From the NCBI RefSeq assembly GCF_036321535.1, contig NC_087437.1, positions 55,430,001-55,494,000 on the forward strand: a DNA stretch of 64,000 bases, given 5' to 3'. The DNA is from Camelus dromedarius (taxonomy: Eukaryota). Made by a program: the position numbers and the translations under genes. Of the stretch, positions 49,690 through 62,820 are shown in pieces; position 1 is the first letter of the stretch, and every line of letters begins with the position of its first letter. Below the pieces are notes generated by a model. That model did not search any database. It was given only the letters and a program-made list of their open reading frames with translations, and was not told the origin of the DNA.

Positions 49690-50023
49690 ATTAGTTTACA
49701 CGAAAGATGGACTTTTTTTTTTTTTTCTTCTATACAGGGCCTGATGGTGGATACCTCAGAACTAGGGGACCACATGATTTTGTTGCACACACACCACTCT
49801 GCTGCTGCAGCACAAAACAGGCCACGGCCCATAAGGTGAGTGTTGGGCTCCAATCAAACTTCATCTGAGGACACTGAAACCTGAATTCCATATAATTTTT
49901 ACATGATATGAACTATCATTCTTCTTTTGATTTTTTTTTCAGCACCATTTAAAAATGTAAAAACCATTCTTCACTCATGGGACGTATAAAAGCAGGCTGC
50001 AGGCCGTGGTTTACCAGTCACTG
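49690..50023. mobile_element. MER58B-like hAT-Charlie DNA transposon
   Basis: ctctgctgctgcagcacaaaa...gacactgaaacctgaattccatataatttt...ccatttaaaaatgtaaaaaccattctt. Confidence 0.8.
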
Positions 50024-51422
50024 ATCTATACCTTAGTTCTCCAAGGAGGGTCTATAAAAGTTCAAGGGAACCCTGTGCCATGAAGACACAGCAGTGCACT
50101 CTGTTCCATTGATCTGGCTTGCCTTTTTGTTACCATCTTTAATTTGCTTTGAATTCCAAATGCAATTAAATGTGAGTGTGTGATTTTTGTTTGTTTGTTT
50201 ACCAAAGGGAATTGGAAAAGATTGAGGTAGTCTTTTAATTTTGAATTTGATTCTTTCCAAGGCCTTCACATTCATACTCTAGCTGCCCCTCGAATGGGTT
50301 GCACCTGATCTTCAGCTTCTAGGGTGATTCTGGGCCACTGTGGACCAAACAACATTTGTTAAATTTCATTTATTCATGGCCATGACAGGGAGCTGAGGCA
50401 TGAATAATACAAGAGTGGATAAAAAATCATTTATAGTGCATTCGGCTTTAAAATACATCACAGATATTATTTTCCCTCTGAAGATTTACCTTCTTAATCC
50501 CTTTTGCTGATATGAAAATGAGTTTGCATTACCTGAGCTCACAGTGGATTATGGCTGAATTGGGGTGCAGAAGAGAGATGTTCTAGAAATGCAATAAAAA
50601 TGACATCCCAGGTTCAGTCTTCCTCCTCAAAGTCTCTTGACTCTTCCAACCACTGAGATTTCTCTTCTTCACCAGTTCCTTCATTATTCCCTCTCATTGG
50701 AGCCATAATATTATCTTTCTTCTTCTGACCATTCACCTTAGCCTGACCTCAGTCCTGGGACTTCCCTGGCGTTCCCTGTGTGCCAGCACAGCCCCTCACT
50801 CACCTGGCATAGAGGCCAGAACCTAAAAAACACTGCACAATTTGAATAAGGAACTGATTAATAATGATGTATCAATTTCAATTTTTAAATTTTGTGAAGG
50901 CACTCTTAGGGTGGAGATCTGCCTTGGCTTGCATGTGAGTAGAGGTGGACTAGCCCTTTATTCTTATGCACATTTTTTCATAGCATCCTCCTTTTTCACC
51001 CAGAAGGATGTCACTACTTGCCAGTTTGGCATGCCACAATGATGTATGAATGCAATCTGAACAGGTCTCACTGCTCCCTTTCTCTCCATCCTGGGCCTGC
51101 CAGTATTCCCTCCTAGTGTGCACCCCTAGGATGGCCTCCTGTCTCCATGGTGATGTGATTCTGCACTGGGCTTCTAATAACTACCTGACAGTCTAAGGGC
51201 CAAAAAGAATTCTTGCAGCTTACACGTGAGTATTTCAACTCACCTAGACAGAGATAAGTCAGATAGAAATAAGTTCTGTGATTTCACCCAGATGGGAGAT
51301 TGAAAAAGTGGGAATAAGGCATCTTACGGGGTCTTCTGAGCACGTGTCTTAGACCCTGTAGCTGAAGCACCTGGATGATTTAAAGGTTGGAGATATGGGA
51401 ATTTTGGGTTAGAAATGCTTTT

Positions 51423-52006
51423 TTTTTAATTGAAGTATAGCCAGTTACAATGTGCCAGTTTCTGATGTACTACATAATGTCCCAGTCATGCATATACATA
51501 TATATATATTCATTTTTATATTCTTTTTCATTAAAGGTAATTACAAGATACTGAATATAGTTTCCTGTGCTATATAGAAGGAATTTGGTTTTTATCTATT
51601 TTTATATATAGTGGTTAACCTTTGCAAATCTCAAACTCCCAAATTTATCCCTTCCTGCCCCCCTTCCCCTGGTAACCATAAAATTGTTTACTATGTCTGC
51701 AAGTTGGTTTCTGTTTTGCAGATGAGTTCATTAGTGTCCTCTTTTTCCTTTTTTCTTTTATTTTAATATTCCACATATGAATGATATCATATGATATTTT
51801 TCTTTCTCTTTCTGGCTTGCTTCACTTAGAATGACATTCTCCAGGTCCATCCATGTTGCTACAAATGTCCTTATTTTATTCTTTTTTATTGCTGAGTAAT
51901 ATTCCAATGTTCATAGCAGCACTATATACAATAGCCAAGACATGGAAGCAACCTAAATGTCCATTGACAGATGAGTGGACGAAGAAGTTGTGGTATATTT
52001 ATACAA
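51423..52006 (-). mobile_element. Young L1 insertion with 5' inversion (twin priming) and 13-bp TSD
   Basis: Antisense L1 3' end at 51423-51906, then the adjacent L1 segment in the opposite orientation at 51907-52006. TSD TAGAAATGCTTTT at 51410-51422 and 52007-52019. Confidence 0.92.
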
Positions 52007-52300
52007 TAGAAATGCTTTTCAAGTGGTCCTTCCTGGTAAGGAATTCAAACCATTCAGTCTTCTGGAAAGCTGAATAAGACCTTAAAATATTAATTAATGT
52101 GTTTGCATCCTTCCAATTTCTGGGATCATGGGACTAGTCTCTTTAACCTCATAGTCTCAGTGAGTTGTTACTACCGAGGTTCAGAAACAAAGGAGGAAAG
52201 GCCCAATATTTTAGTTTCAAAATAGGCTTTTCAAAGCTTATGAGGGAGATGAAAGCCTTCAGAGAAAATGCTGTGGGACTTATAAGAGCTTGAGTCTTTT

Positions 52301-52931
52301 ACAGGAATCCTGCTCCTGCGCATCTACCCAGAAGGAACCCTACTTCAAAATGACACCTACACCCCAGTGTTCATAGCAGCACTATTTACAGTAGCCAAGA
52401 CATGGAAACAGCTTATATGTCCAACAACAGATGACTGGATAAAGAAGTGGTGGTATATTTATACAATGGAGTACCATTCAGCCATAAAAACTGACAACAT
52501 AACGCCATTTGCAGCAACATGGATGCTCCTGGAGAATGTCATTCTAAGTGAAGTAAGCCAGAAAGAGAAAGAAAAATACCATATAAGATCACTCATATGT
52601 GGAATCTAAAAAAAAAAAAAGAAAAGAAAAAGAACATAAATACAAAACAGAAACAGACTCATAGACATAGAATACAAACTTGTGGTTGCCCGGGGGACAG
52701 GGGGTCGGAAGGGACAGACTGGGATTTCAAAATGTAGAATAGAAAAACAAGATTGTACTGTGTAGGACAGGGAAGTATATACAGGATCTTGTGGTGGCCC
52801 ACAGCGAAAGAGAATGTGACAATGAATGTCTGTATGTTCATGTATAACTGAAAAATTGTGCTCTACACTGGAATTTGGCACAACATTGTAAGATGTCTAT
52901 AACTCAATAAAAAAAAAAGTTAAAAAAAAAA
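52301..52931 (+). mobile_element. 5'-truncated L1 (ORF2 C-terminus, 3' UTR and A-tail)
   Basis: ORF 52367-52609 MFIAALFTVAKTWKQ...WIKKWWYIYTMEYHSAIK is the L1 ORF2p C-terminus; ends aactcaataaaaaaaa. Confidence 0.92.
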
Positions 52932-53484
52932 GATCCTGGATCTTTTAGAAATGTATAATGAAGGTTCTGACATAGATTGCCTTTGCCATAGAAGCAATAC
53001 GCCTAGAATGGTTTCCATATTAACCTACTGACCATGGTTAGATAAAAACCTGGAAATAGAGACAAGAGGTAACAAGCTAGTGAGTTTCTGAGAAAGTGAC
53101 TTCCGTTCCTCAATGGTTATCTCAGTGAGACTTAGGAGGTGAGTGGTTAAGGATTGCACTTCCCCCAGATGAGGTGATCTGAGATCAACAGCTGGCCAGG
53201 AACCTACACACTGAATGGATTCTGGCAGGTTCTAGGGTACTTTGTCCAGCACAAGGGAGCAACAATGAACAAGGATTAGGGCTGTATCATGTCTGGGTGA
53301 AAAAGACCAAAGATATACCTCAGAAGTGTCTGCAGTCTCTGAGTGGTATGGAAGGTATTGGAAATGATCCATGCATTCTCTTTGGAGGGTTCAGAGACAG
53401 CAGCCTGTGAATTTGGAAAAGTCTCATGGTCAGAAGAAAGCAGTGTCAAGGCAGAACGTGACATGGGACATAGGCGATTGTGGG

Positions 53485-54480
53485 ATTTCAGTTAGTGAAT
53501 GTTTATTGAGTGCTGACTAAGTGCCAGATACTGTTCTAGCCATTTGGGATAAAATAAAGAAAAAAAAAACAGATGAAAATTTCTACCTTTAGGAAGCATT
53601 TTGGTGATGGGAGCGAGGGGAGAGAAGGGGAAATAAACACAACAGAAGAATACTTAAGAAGTTGAAGAGTGCTATGGGAAAATAAAGTTGGGTGGAGAGG
53701 GTTGGAGGGAGGGGGTTGATTCTGAATATAGTAATCAAGGAAGGTCTCATTTAATACAGACTTGAAGAGAATGATAAAGAGAATCATGGAGATCCTGAGA
53801 ACACCCAGTGCAAAGGTCCTGAGGCAGGAATGTGTTTAATGCATTTAAGGAACCAAGTTGGCCAGTATACCTGCAGGTAATGAGTTAAGGAGCAAACAGG
53901 AGAAGTCGAGGTTGGGCAGGCCACATGCATCTAAATCCCACTGAGCCATGTGGGTGACTGTAAACTTTGGCTCTTACTCTCAATGAGATGGGAAGTCTTC
54001 CACTGTTTTGTACAGAGGGGTGACATGATCTGACTTAATTTTTAACAGGATCACTTTAGTTGCTCTGAATGAAAATAGTTTCTAGATGTCAAGGAGGAAA
54101 CAGAGGCAGCAGGAATGAAGCTAAGGCAATGGCCCAGGTGAGCTATGATGGTGGCTTGGATCAGGGTGCCACAGTGTAGATTAATATGAGTGGTTGGACT
54201 CTGGATGTATTTGGAAGTTGGAGCACCAGCTCTTTACTATAGGATAAATATGGACTCTTAGAAAAAGAAAGTCAAAGACAAGGCCATACGTTTTGGCTTG
54301 AGCAACTAGACGAATAGAATTGCCATTTCCAGAGTTTGGGAAGATTGAGAAAGAAGAAGGCTTGGGGCTATAAGGTATTAGGAACTGATCTGGGATGTGT
54401 TAAGCGTGGGATGTCCATTTTGCTGTTGGGAGGTGGCAGGATCTGGTGAATAAGTGAAGGGGTTGGTTAGGAAGAAAGAC
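53485..54480 (-). mobile_element. L2a-like LINE (~1 kb)
   Basis: tgtttattgagtgc..ctaagtgccagatactgttctag...tgcaaaggtcctgaggcaggaa...tgacatgatctgact...ggatcactt...ggtggcttggatcagggt. Confidence 0.85.
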
Positions 54481-56119
54481 AATAGAACACATGGCATTGA
54501 AGGTGGTAGGTAGAAATGCAAACAGCTTAGCTAGTATCAGCTTGCACTGATAAAAGTCTGGGCCCAGAGGCTTTCTACATGATGGAACATAAGCCTTTTC
54601 GGAGCTCAGAGGCACCCTTGCAAAGAACAGAAGGGAAATCATGAATGAACAGACTTTAAATTTAAAGTAACTAAGTTTACCCAGAATGGCAAAAACTGTT
54701 ATTTTTGCCACTAGGCAGAACTAGGACTTCAATGAAGATTATAAACAAATGTATTATCATTTTCTTTGTGTATCTCTGTTTTCTGTGTTGGAAATACCGT
54801 ATGTGCTACACATTTTAATAGCACGGGTGAAGGACAGACAATATAATGAGCGTATGAGCTTCATGAAAGAATAAATGGAGAGGTAACTTTGAAAGCAGAA
54901 TGGAACATATAAGATCAAGGAATGAGCTGGGGGGCTCACATCACCTGAGGTGGGAGCTGGTCAATGGCCCTGCTCTTTGTGTCTCATAAGAAAATATCCA
55001 GATGGCAGGTCATCAATCTAGGGACCAGACTTTCCAGTGACACCAACAATCAGAGGAATCTCCAGGGACCAGGGCTGAAACCACTTCTTGTGAGGGAGTC
55101 ACCTGCGGAAGATCTAGTGGAATCAGCTGTAGCGTCTTCACACATCTGAAGAGCGGGCATGCGGAGGCGGTTATACCTGTGCTCTGAGGGTGAGATTAGG
55201 GCCGATCTTATGGGAGTTCCAGGAAAGGTGATTTCATAAGGTCAACTAAACAGTGTTGTTCAAAGATGGGATGAACTCCTCCTAGTTAGTAAGATCTTTG
55301 TAGAGACAGTTTTCAAGCACAAATTCCAGAGCCATTTGGCAGAGAACTGTAAAGAGAGGGTCCCACATTAGGTTCCTAGCCTGAGATTCTGTTAGCTAGT
55401 GATGGCGCTGTGAAAACATCGCCTGAGACAGATGCTGTCTCTAAAGAATCAGCAAGCCATGGGGAAGACCAGAAATGAGGACAAAACTCGTCAAGTCATT
55501 CTGTGGTGTGCACTGAGCAACACATGATGACTGGCCACACAATCTAGCACAGACCTTCACTGGCTGATTTGATAGGAAGATTTTAGGTTTATTTTAAACA
55601 CAGAGACTTGAATATTGCCTAAATATTGGATAATTTGGCAGGTAAGTGTAGCTTCAGAAGAGTTCTTATTCTCGCTTTTTTATAAACATACACAAGCAAA
55701 GAAAAAAAATGTTTCTAAAGGAGGTTTTAAAGGATCAGAAGCTGGGATTGAAGAGGCAGCCACAAAGCTCCATTTGACTGTGGGGTGTCATTTTTCAAAT
55801 GGCTCCTAATCACATTCCCGAGCCTGTCTGGAAGGGCCAAAATATTCGTGTTCTTAGGAGCGAGGCAGTTAAGTGATTACTGTCTCATGCAAATGCGCCT
55901 TGGTTTCAACGCTGAGGTCGACACAGCAAAATTACAGCCTCTGTCCTTAAGTTGGCCTCAGACATTTTTTTGACAAACAAAAAGGCTACAATCATGTCAC
56001 TAAGGCATGTGTAGAACTCAGGGTAGAACTTAGAATCTTGTCTCCATTGCATATAATCCTCCTTTGAATGCAGAGTTTAGACACTGGCCAGTCACCTTTT
56101 TTGTCCAGAAATGTCACAT

Positions 56120-56574
56120 TTTTCATCCATTCATTTAGCAAATTCTCTTTTAGTACTTCCTGTGTAGCAGTTGTTGTGTTAATCACTGTGGGGTTAGAAG
56201 ACGAGGTGGGCAATGTCCTGGCCTCAGGGAGCTCACAGTGGGAGTGAAAATCCAGGAAGCCAACAAGAAAAAAATGCATGCTCTGTGTTACCATGGAGTC
56301 CTGGGAGCTGTTAGTGGTAGTGGTCAACCTCAGGGGGTTGACACAAGCCAACATTTAAAGGTTATTAGATTTTAGGTAAAAAGGCAAAGATGGAAGGTTG
56401 TGTCTGGCAGAAAAAGTAAAACGTATTAAGGTCTGGACGCATAGAAAAGTACGAAGGATTAGTATCTCAGGCTGGCTGGAGGCAAAGTTGGGTGGATGTA
56501 GCGGGTGACAGATGAGGCCAGATGGGTAGAATGGGGCCAGATCCTAAAGGACTTTGTGCACCAACGGGAAGAGT
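56120..56574 (-). mobile_element. L2 LINE 3' region
   Basis: ttcatccattcatttagcaaat...tcctggcctcagggagctcacagt...ggggccagatc. Confidence 0.7.
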
Positions 56575-56590
56575 TAGAATTACATCCCGA

Positions 56591-56681
56591 CTTGAATCTT
56601 TAGCGGAGGTACTGGGGATCAAACGCAGGATCTTGTGCACGCTAAGCATACCCTCTACCACTGAGTTATACCCACTCCCCC
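56591..56681 (-). mobile_element. tRNA-Ala-derived camelid SINE (vic-1 type) with 16-bp TSD
   Basis: Minus strand GGGGGAGTGGGTATAACTCAGTGGTAGAGGGTATGCTTAGCGTGCACAAGATCCTGCGTTTGATCCCCAGTACCTCCG has an A box, an AGC anticodon-like loop and a degenerate B box. TSD tagaattacatcccga (56575-56590) / tagaattacattctga (56682-56697). Confidence 0.85.
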
Positions 56682-57279
56682 TAGAATTACATTCTGAAAG
56701 TGATGGGAGTCATTCCTATTTTATAGGGTTGTTGAAAATGCAGTGAGATAATACATGTGAAAATGTTTTATAGGAACATGTGTATTTAGAAATCTGTTTA
56801 TATTTACTGTCGCTTCAGTTTTGTGGGGGAAGATCCTTGGACCACAAGACAATACAAATCAAAAGACTGCAAGAAGAGATAAGCACAAAGATTTCTGTGT
56901 CGGGAAAGGGCTCAGTGAGAGACAAAGCCAAGGTAAGCTCAGAGTAGTGAGGCAAGAAGACACCCTAATGCTGTCCAGTAGCCCAGGTCTGATGTGGACA
57001 CCTCAGAAGCAAGCACTTGTATCTGTACAGAATGTGACTCCTTTCAATTTGCACTGGACGTTAAAGATTATAGACCAAGTTAACTTACTTGTGTGGCAAC
57101 CCTGGAAGAGTCTAGGCGTGCCCTGGTGATTGAGATTTCAATTTTTAGAAAAGTGTAACATGAAAATAAAATAATCTAAAAGAAACTGTTGTGACAGGAA
57201 AAAAAAAATACTAGAATCCAGAGTCAGATAGAATCTGAACTACATTTGAATCCTGGTGACCTCCTTTTTGCCTTATTCT

Positions 57280-57690
57280 TCTCCATTGTAATTGAATGTA
57301 TTGAGATATAATTAGCATTTCGACAAATAAATTCACCATGTAACCACTACCTCAGTTAAGGTACAGAACATTTCCATCCACCTAAAAAGTTGCCTCATGC
57401 CATTTTGTCCACAATCCACTCTCACTTCCAGCCTCAGATTTCTGACACTATGAATAGTTTTGTTTTTTCTAAGATTTCATATAAATGGAATCATAAGTAT
57501 TATTTTTGTATGACTTCTTTCATTCAGTGTATTATTTTGAGATTTATCATGGTACTGTGAACATCAGCAATTTTATTCTTTTTTTTTTGTGGCATAGCTG
57601 TCCACCTCGTGGTTGTACCACAATTTGTTGATCCATGAACTGTTGATAGATAGATGGATTGTTTCAAATTTTTGGCTTATTCTTTTTTTA
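57280..57690 (-). mobile_element. Old L1MB/L1ME-type 3' end
   Basis: tattgagatataatt...catgtaaccactacc...acagaacatttccatc...atttcatataaatggaatcata...tgtaccacaatttg. Confidence 0.8.
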
Positions 57691-60600
57691 GTAAATTCTA
57701 TTGGCCAGGATGACAGAGATGGGGCTTCCAGGCACAAAGTGTCAGTCTTACTACAGTAGTTTAAAAGGAGAATTTGGCAGTACCTATTAATTTTAAAATT
57801 TCCATCATTTTTAATTTTTTATTTAGCAGGTCTACTCTTTACAAAATACTCACACAAGTCAGTAGGCCATCAGTATGAAGCATTTAAACATTTTTTCTAC
57901 ACTTAGTCCTCTAGAATTTCCATCCTTTCTATGCAGGGTTTTTGCTGTTTTTTGCATCCTTACCTTTTACTCCTTCCTGGTGCTGCACTTTTTTAGCTGA
58001 ACTGGATGGTGATTTAGAAAGGAATGCATTTTTTAATGTACCCATTTCCTTATCCAAAAGAACTAGCTATCTATATATTCTGTGTATTTATAGTTACATT
58101 GTTAGTATCTGGAAGTTTTGATTACTTCATAGCTGCTAACTTTGGTTTGCTTTTTCATCCATGATTCTGAATTTGCCCAGAATGTAAGAAATCACACAGG
58201 GAGTTTGTTAAAGCGGGCCTGTTGAAAATGTTAGTATTTCTTGCCACTCTCTCTGGCATCCTGGGACACTCATTACTCAGCTGCGTTTTAGCCAAATGCT
58301 TTTCAAAGCATTTTTTTTTTCCAGAGTCATCTAATAAGTTTACCCTGTTAAGTGTTCACTATAATTTTTCTCATTTTACGATTGATGGAATGTAGTCATG
58401 AAGCAAGCAGATATCCTCCAGAGAGGAGGACCAGGCAATGGCAGAGCACTGGGTCCAGGGAACGCCCGGCCCAGTCTTGGCATCTGCACGCTCCAGCTGT
58501 CCACCTGAGTGCACGTCACCAGGCCCAGAATGTCTACTGCCATCCACAAAGAGTAAAGTTTTAAGGCAGTTAGTTGTATAAGTCAATGACATGAGTCAAA
58601 GTCAGATCCTGGTAATAGGAAAGTCTAGATCTGAAACTTCATCTCCCATTATTATATACGAACTCAGTCATTCACCCTTTTATTCAAGCTTGCCTTTCCT
58701 GAGCGCAAAATGTGAGTATTGTTCATCTTTCATGCCCAAGCCCAGGCCTGGTAGGTGCATCAGAAGCAGGAACACTGTGACCTGCCAGAACGCGAAGGAT
58801 TAAATGTGTCCAAGGAGTTGGACCACGAAGCAGTAACATTTTTCTTAAACAATTATCATTTAGTCATCTGTCTTCAAATCAAGGGCTTCTCCACCCTGGC
58901 TTGGCCAGAAAGAGATTGATTTTGGATCCAGATGTCTTCTCCCTTTCCTTCACAGGAAAGAAGAGCTGGGTTGAAGCAGGTTGTGCAAAAGCAGTTGAAG
59001 GGATGAGACTCGGTCATAAATATTAGTGGCCCGTGGTTCCCTGTGGTAACTCCACAGACGCTCAGGAGCATCCGCGTGGTCTAGTACATAAAAAATTCCC
59101 ATCTCAACGACCATCTGCTCCCATTTCTTTACATAATAAAACCACCACGATCCTTCTGAGTTTGCTCCCCTTGCCGGGGAGATTCAGAGATCTCTAGAGC
59201 CTGAGCTTGAAAAACTCATGCAGCCTCTCTGCTTCACGGGCCCAGATATAGCCCCTCATCCCTGGCCCTCTGAACGTTTGCACACTCTGTTAGAGAGAGG
59301 TTAATTGATTCATTAAAAGACCACAGAGCTACTTATTATGACTTTTTAAAAATGAGTTCCTCCCAAGCACACGGAGCTAATGTGAAATTCCCAGGCATTG
59401 ACGATTATTCTAGAATTTGAATCATGATTAGCTTTTCCTGTCTCATACAGGAGAGCTAAGAGAGTACATCTAAACTTCTAAAAACACAGATACTGTAGAA
59501 GAAAGGGTCATCTTTATGAACCAAGAGGTTAAGACAATAAAAAAGGCATAGTTTCTAGTTCCCCTGTCACCCAAAGTCCTGCTGGACCAGGCTTTGTCCC
59601 TTCCCAGCCCGGGTATTAAATTAACTGCAGGCAGCCCAGAAGCTGTATCTATTTCAAGGTCGCAGCCTCGGCTGTGCCTTTTTTTTTTTTAAATCTGAAC
59701 TGTTGGGAGGGAGAGGGGTTTGGGAGGGCGGAGAGACAGAAGGTAGAAGAGGAGAGAAGGGGGGGTTATTTCAGGCCTTGCTTCTCTAAGCCTTCAGCGT
59801 CTGAGCCCCAGGACAGACCTTCCTGTTGTGAAATACTGGACCAGTTGTTGCGGTCTGAAGATAAACAACATTCCAGTAGTTCCCCTAGAGGCTACCCGAG
59901 GCCTTGTGCTTTTTAACGTTTCCCGGGCCCTGCGACAATCCAGGAGCCCAGAATTACTGCATCACCAGCTGCAGCACACACAGCAGTTCCGTGGTCTCTG
60001 TGCTCTTAAACTGGGTTATGGTAACAAGCCCAGGGTGAGATGGGGATGCCTCTGCCGGGTCGTTAAGCCCATGAAACACTGGCATCTTTTGTGTAGCTTT
60101 GGACGCCCAGCTGCACTGACTGGAGGTTTGTTAGAACAAGGGCTCCTTGCCCTGATGTGTGAGGTTTCTGTCTTCATTAAAGTTTGAGGCTGAATTAGGA
60201 CTCATCGGGGTTACGTAAGGGCGCATTTGGAAACCAGATGCAAGCTGTTAGCAAAATCAAACTGGGTTCATCACAAAAGGGTTGGGCCCCAGGTTGCTGT
60301 GCCCAATAGAACAAGCATTTCAAATGAATTTCTCATAAGTTCTTGGTTCTTATATGGGTAGGCGTGGCTTTAAAGGCCATAAAACCGCAACAAATCAAAG
60401 AATAGCTCAGACTTGCCTTTCGCTTTATGACTGAGGATTTGAGGGATGATTCATGGACTGTGAAAGTCGGCCCTGGTCCCTGGCTTAGCTCTACCTGCAA
60501 ACACCATCGGGGCCAACAAATTCAGGGCCACATATTCTCTGCTTTCTGGTCACTTTCTAGAATTAATCAGTTGTACTCAAACCCATTATTATAATTGCTC

Positions 60601-60948
60601 CCCACGATCACCTATAGGGCATGTAAAGGGGGTATTATTAACCTCATTTTAATAATAAGAAACTGAAGCTCAGAGAGATGACGATTTTTCCAAAATTTTT
60701 AGAGTATGAGTAAAATAATTTTAATTTTTGTTGCCATTAGTTATTATTTTACCTTTTGTGTGTGTATACGTATGTATAACTACTAATTCAATAGGTTTAA
60801 GATGATTATGGCAGGCAGACATCTAAAGTGCCCCACTGGGATTTCTGCCTCCTTACTCTTTTACAAAGAGAAAAAAAAACATTTTGCGGGGATATAGCAA
60901 CAACTTTACTAATAGGTTCTGGGTGTTGCAATATGGGATAGTTTGAAT

Positions 60949-62229
60949 AAATGGCTTAAAGACTTAAACATAAGACAAGACACTATAAACCTCCTAGAAG
61001 AAAACATAGGCAAAACATTCTCTGACATAAATCTTAACAATATTCTCCTAGGACAGTCCACCTAGGCAACAGAAATAAAGGCAACAATTAACAAATGGGG
61101 CCTAATTAAACTTATAAGATTTTGCACAGCAAAGGAAACCATAAGTAAAACAAAACAACAACCTACAGAATGGGAGAAAATATTTGCAAATGATGCAACT
61201 TGTGACAAAGGTTTAATTTCCAGAATATATAAACAGCTCATATAACTTAATAACAACAACAACAAAATAAGCAATCCAATCCAAAAATGGGCAGAAGACC
61301 TAAACAAGCAATTCTCCAGTGAAGACATACAAATGGCCAATAGGCACATGAAAAAATGCTCAATATCACTAATTATCAGAGAAATTCAAATCAAAACTAA
61401 AACGAGGTATCATTTTACACCAGTCAGAATGGCCATGATTCAAAAATCCACAAACAATAAATGCTGGAGAGAGTATGAAGAAAAGGGAACCCTCCTACAC
61501 TGTTGGTGGGAATGTACTTTGGTGCAGCCATTATGGAAAACAGTATGGAGATTTCCTCAAAAAACTAAAAATAGACCTACCAAATGATCCAGCAATCCCA
61601 CACCTGGGCATGTATCTGGAGGGAGCTCAAATTTGAAAAGATACATGCACCCCAGTGTTCATAGCAGCACTATTTACAATAGCCAGGGCATGGAAACAAC
61701 TTAAATGTCCATCGACAGATGACTAGATAAAGAAGCTGCGGTGTATTTATACAATGGAATACTACTCAGCCATAAAAAAGAATAAAATAATGCCATTTGC
61801 AGCAACATGGATGAAACTAGAGATAGTCATTGTAAATGAAATAAGCTAGAAAAAGAAAAATACCACATGATTTCACTCATACGTGGAATCTAAGGGAAAA
61901 AAAAGAGGACACTAATGAACTCAGCTATAAAACAGAAACAGACTTGCAGATGTAGTAAACCATCTTATGGGGGCAAAAGGGTGGGAAGGGATAAATTTGG
62001 GAGTTTGAGATTTGCAGATGTTAGTCACTTTATAAAAAAATAAATTTAACAAAACAAATTTCTTCTGTATAGCACAAGGAGCTATATTCAGTATCTTGTA
62101 ATAACCTTTAATGAAAAAGAATATGAAAACGAATATAAGTATGTATATGCATGACTGGGACATTGTGCTGTACGTGAGAAATTGACACATTGTAACTGAC
62201 TGTACTTCAATAAAACAATTAAAAAAGAA
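60949..62229 (+). mobile_element. 5'-truncated L1 (~1.3 kb; frameshifted ORF2 C-terminal part, 3' UTR and A-tail)
   Basis: ORF 61333-61587 [22 protein letters not shown]...[18 protein letters not shown] is the L1 ORF2p Cys-rich domain; 3' end ...gacacattgtaactgactgtacttcaataaa. Confidence 0.95.
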
Positions 62230-62639
62230 TTGAATGCATAATTTCCCAAAAACCCAAAACATCATAAAATAATAGAAAATGACTGAAAAGAAAAATGACT
62301 ATTTTAATCATTAACAAATAAATACAATACTATAAGCAGCATCTTCTTAAGAAAACTTGACACCTGTCACGCCCAATTTTTGAAACAATGACATAATAGT
62401 AACAAATTACAGACAACTGAGAAAATAAATAGTAATAATGAAAAGATATATTCAATCATCAAGCTAAATGGTCATTTATTTCTAGGGCATAAAAACAGTT
62501 AAAGAGAGCAACGACTGTAATGTGATGGCAGATTCACATTATAAGGAGTAGAGCTTGAGGAGGAGGTTAAAAAAAGAAAGAAATATAATCACAGTAAAAA
62601 GGCCTCACATGTATAATGCCATATAGTTTTCCAAATTAT

Positions 62640-62820
62640 TATAGATGATTTCTTTTAATATTTACAAAAATTCTGTGATGTAGTGAAGGAGGCAAGGTGG
62701 AGATTATTATTTCCATTTTATAGACATGGAAACTGAGGACCAGAGATGTTAATGGTCTTGTCTAAGGTCAAAGGACAGAGAAAAGGCTAAAAATTAGATC
62801 TTGCACTTGGAGCTTTTCAT
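62640..62820 (-). mobile_element. MIR SINE
   Basis: attattatttccattttatagacatggaaactgagg...ttgtctaaggtca. Confidence 0.8.

Noticed and set aside
56601..56681. tRNA-Ala gene
   Set aside because: Degenerate B box and stems, a flanking TSD and SINE-type 5' extension indicate a retroposed SINE rather than a functional tRNA.
61062..61587. L1-derived ORFs as host genes (also 51853, 52367)
   Set aside because: Fragments or antisense frames of truncated L1 ORF2; not retrotransposition-competent.
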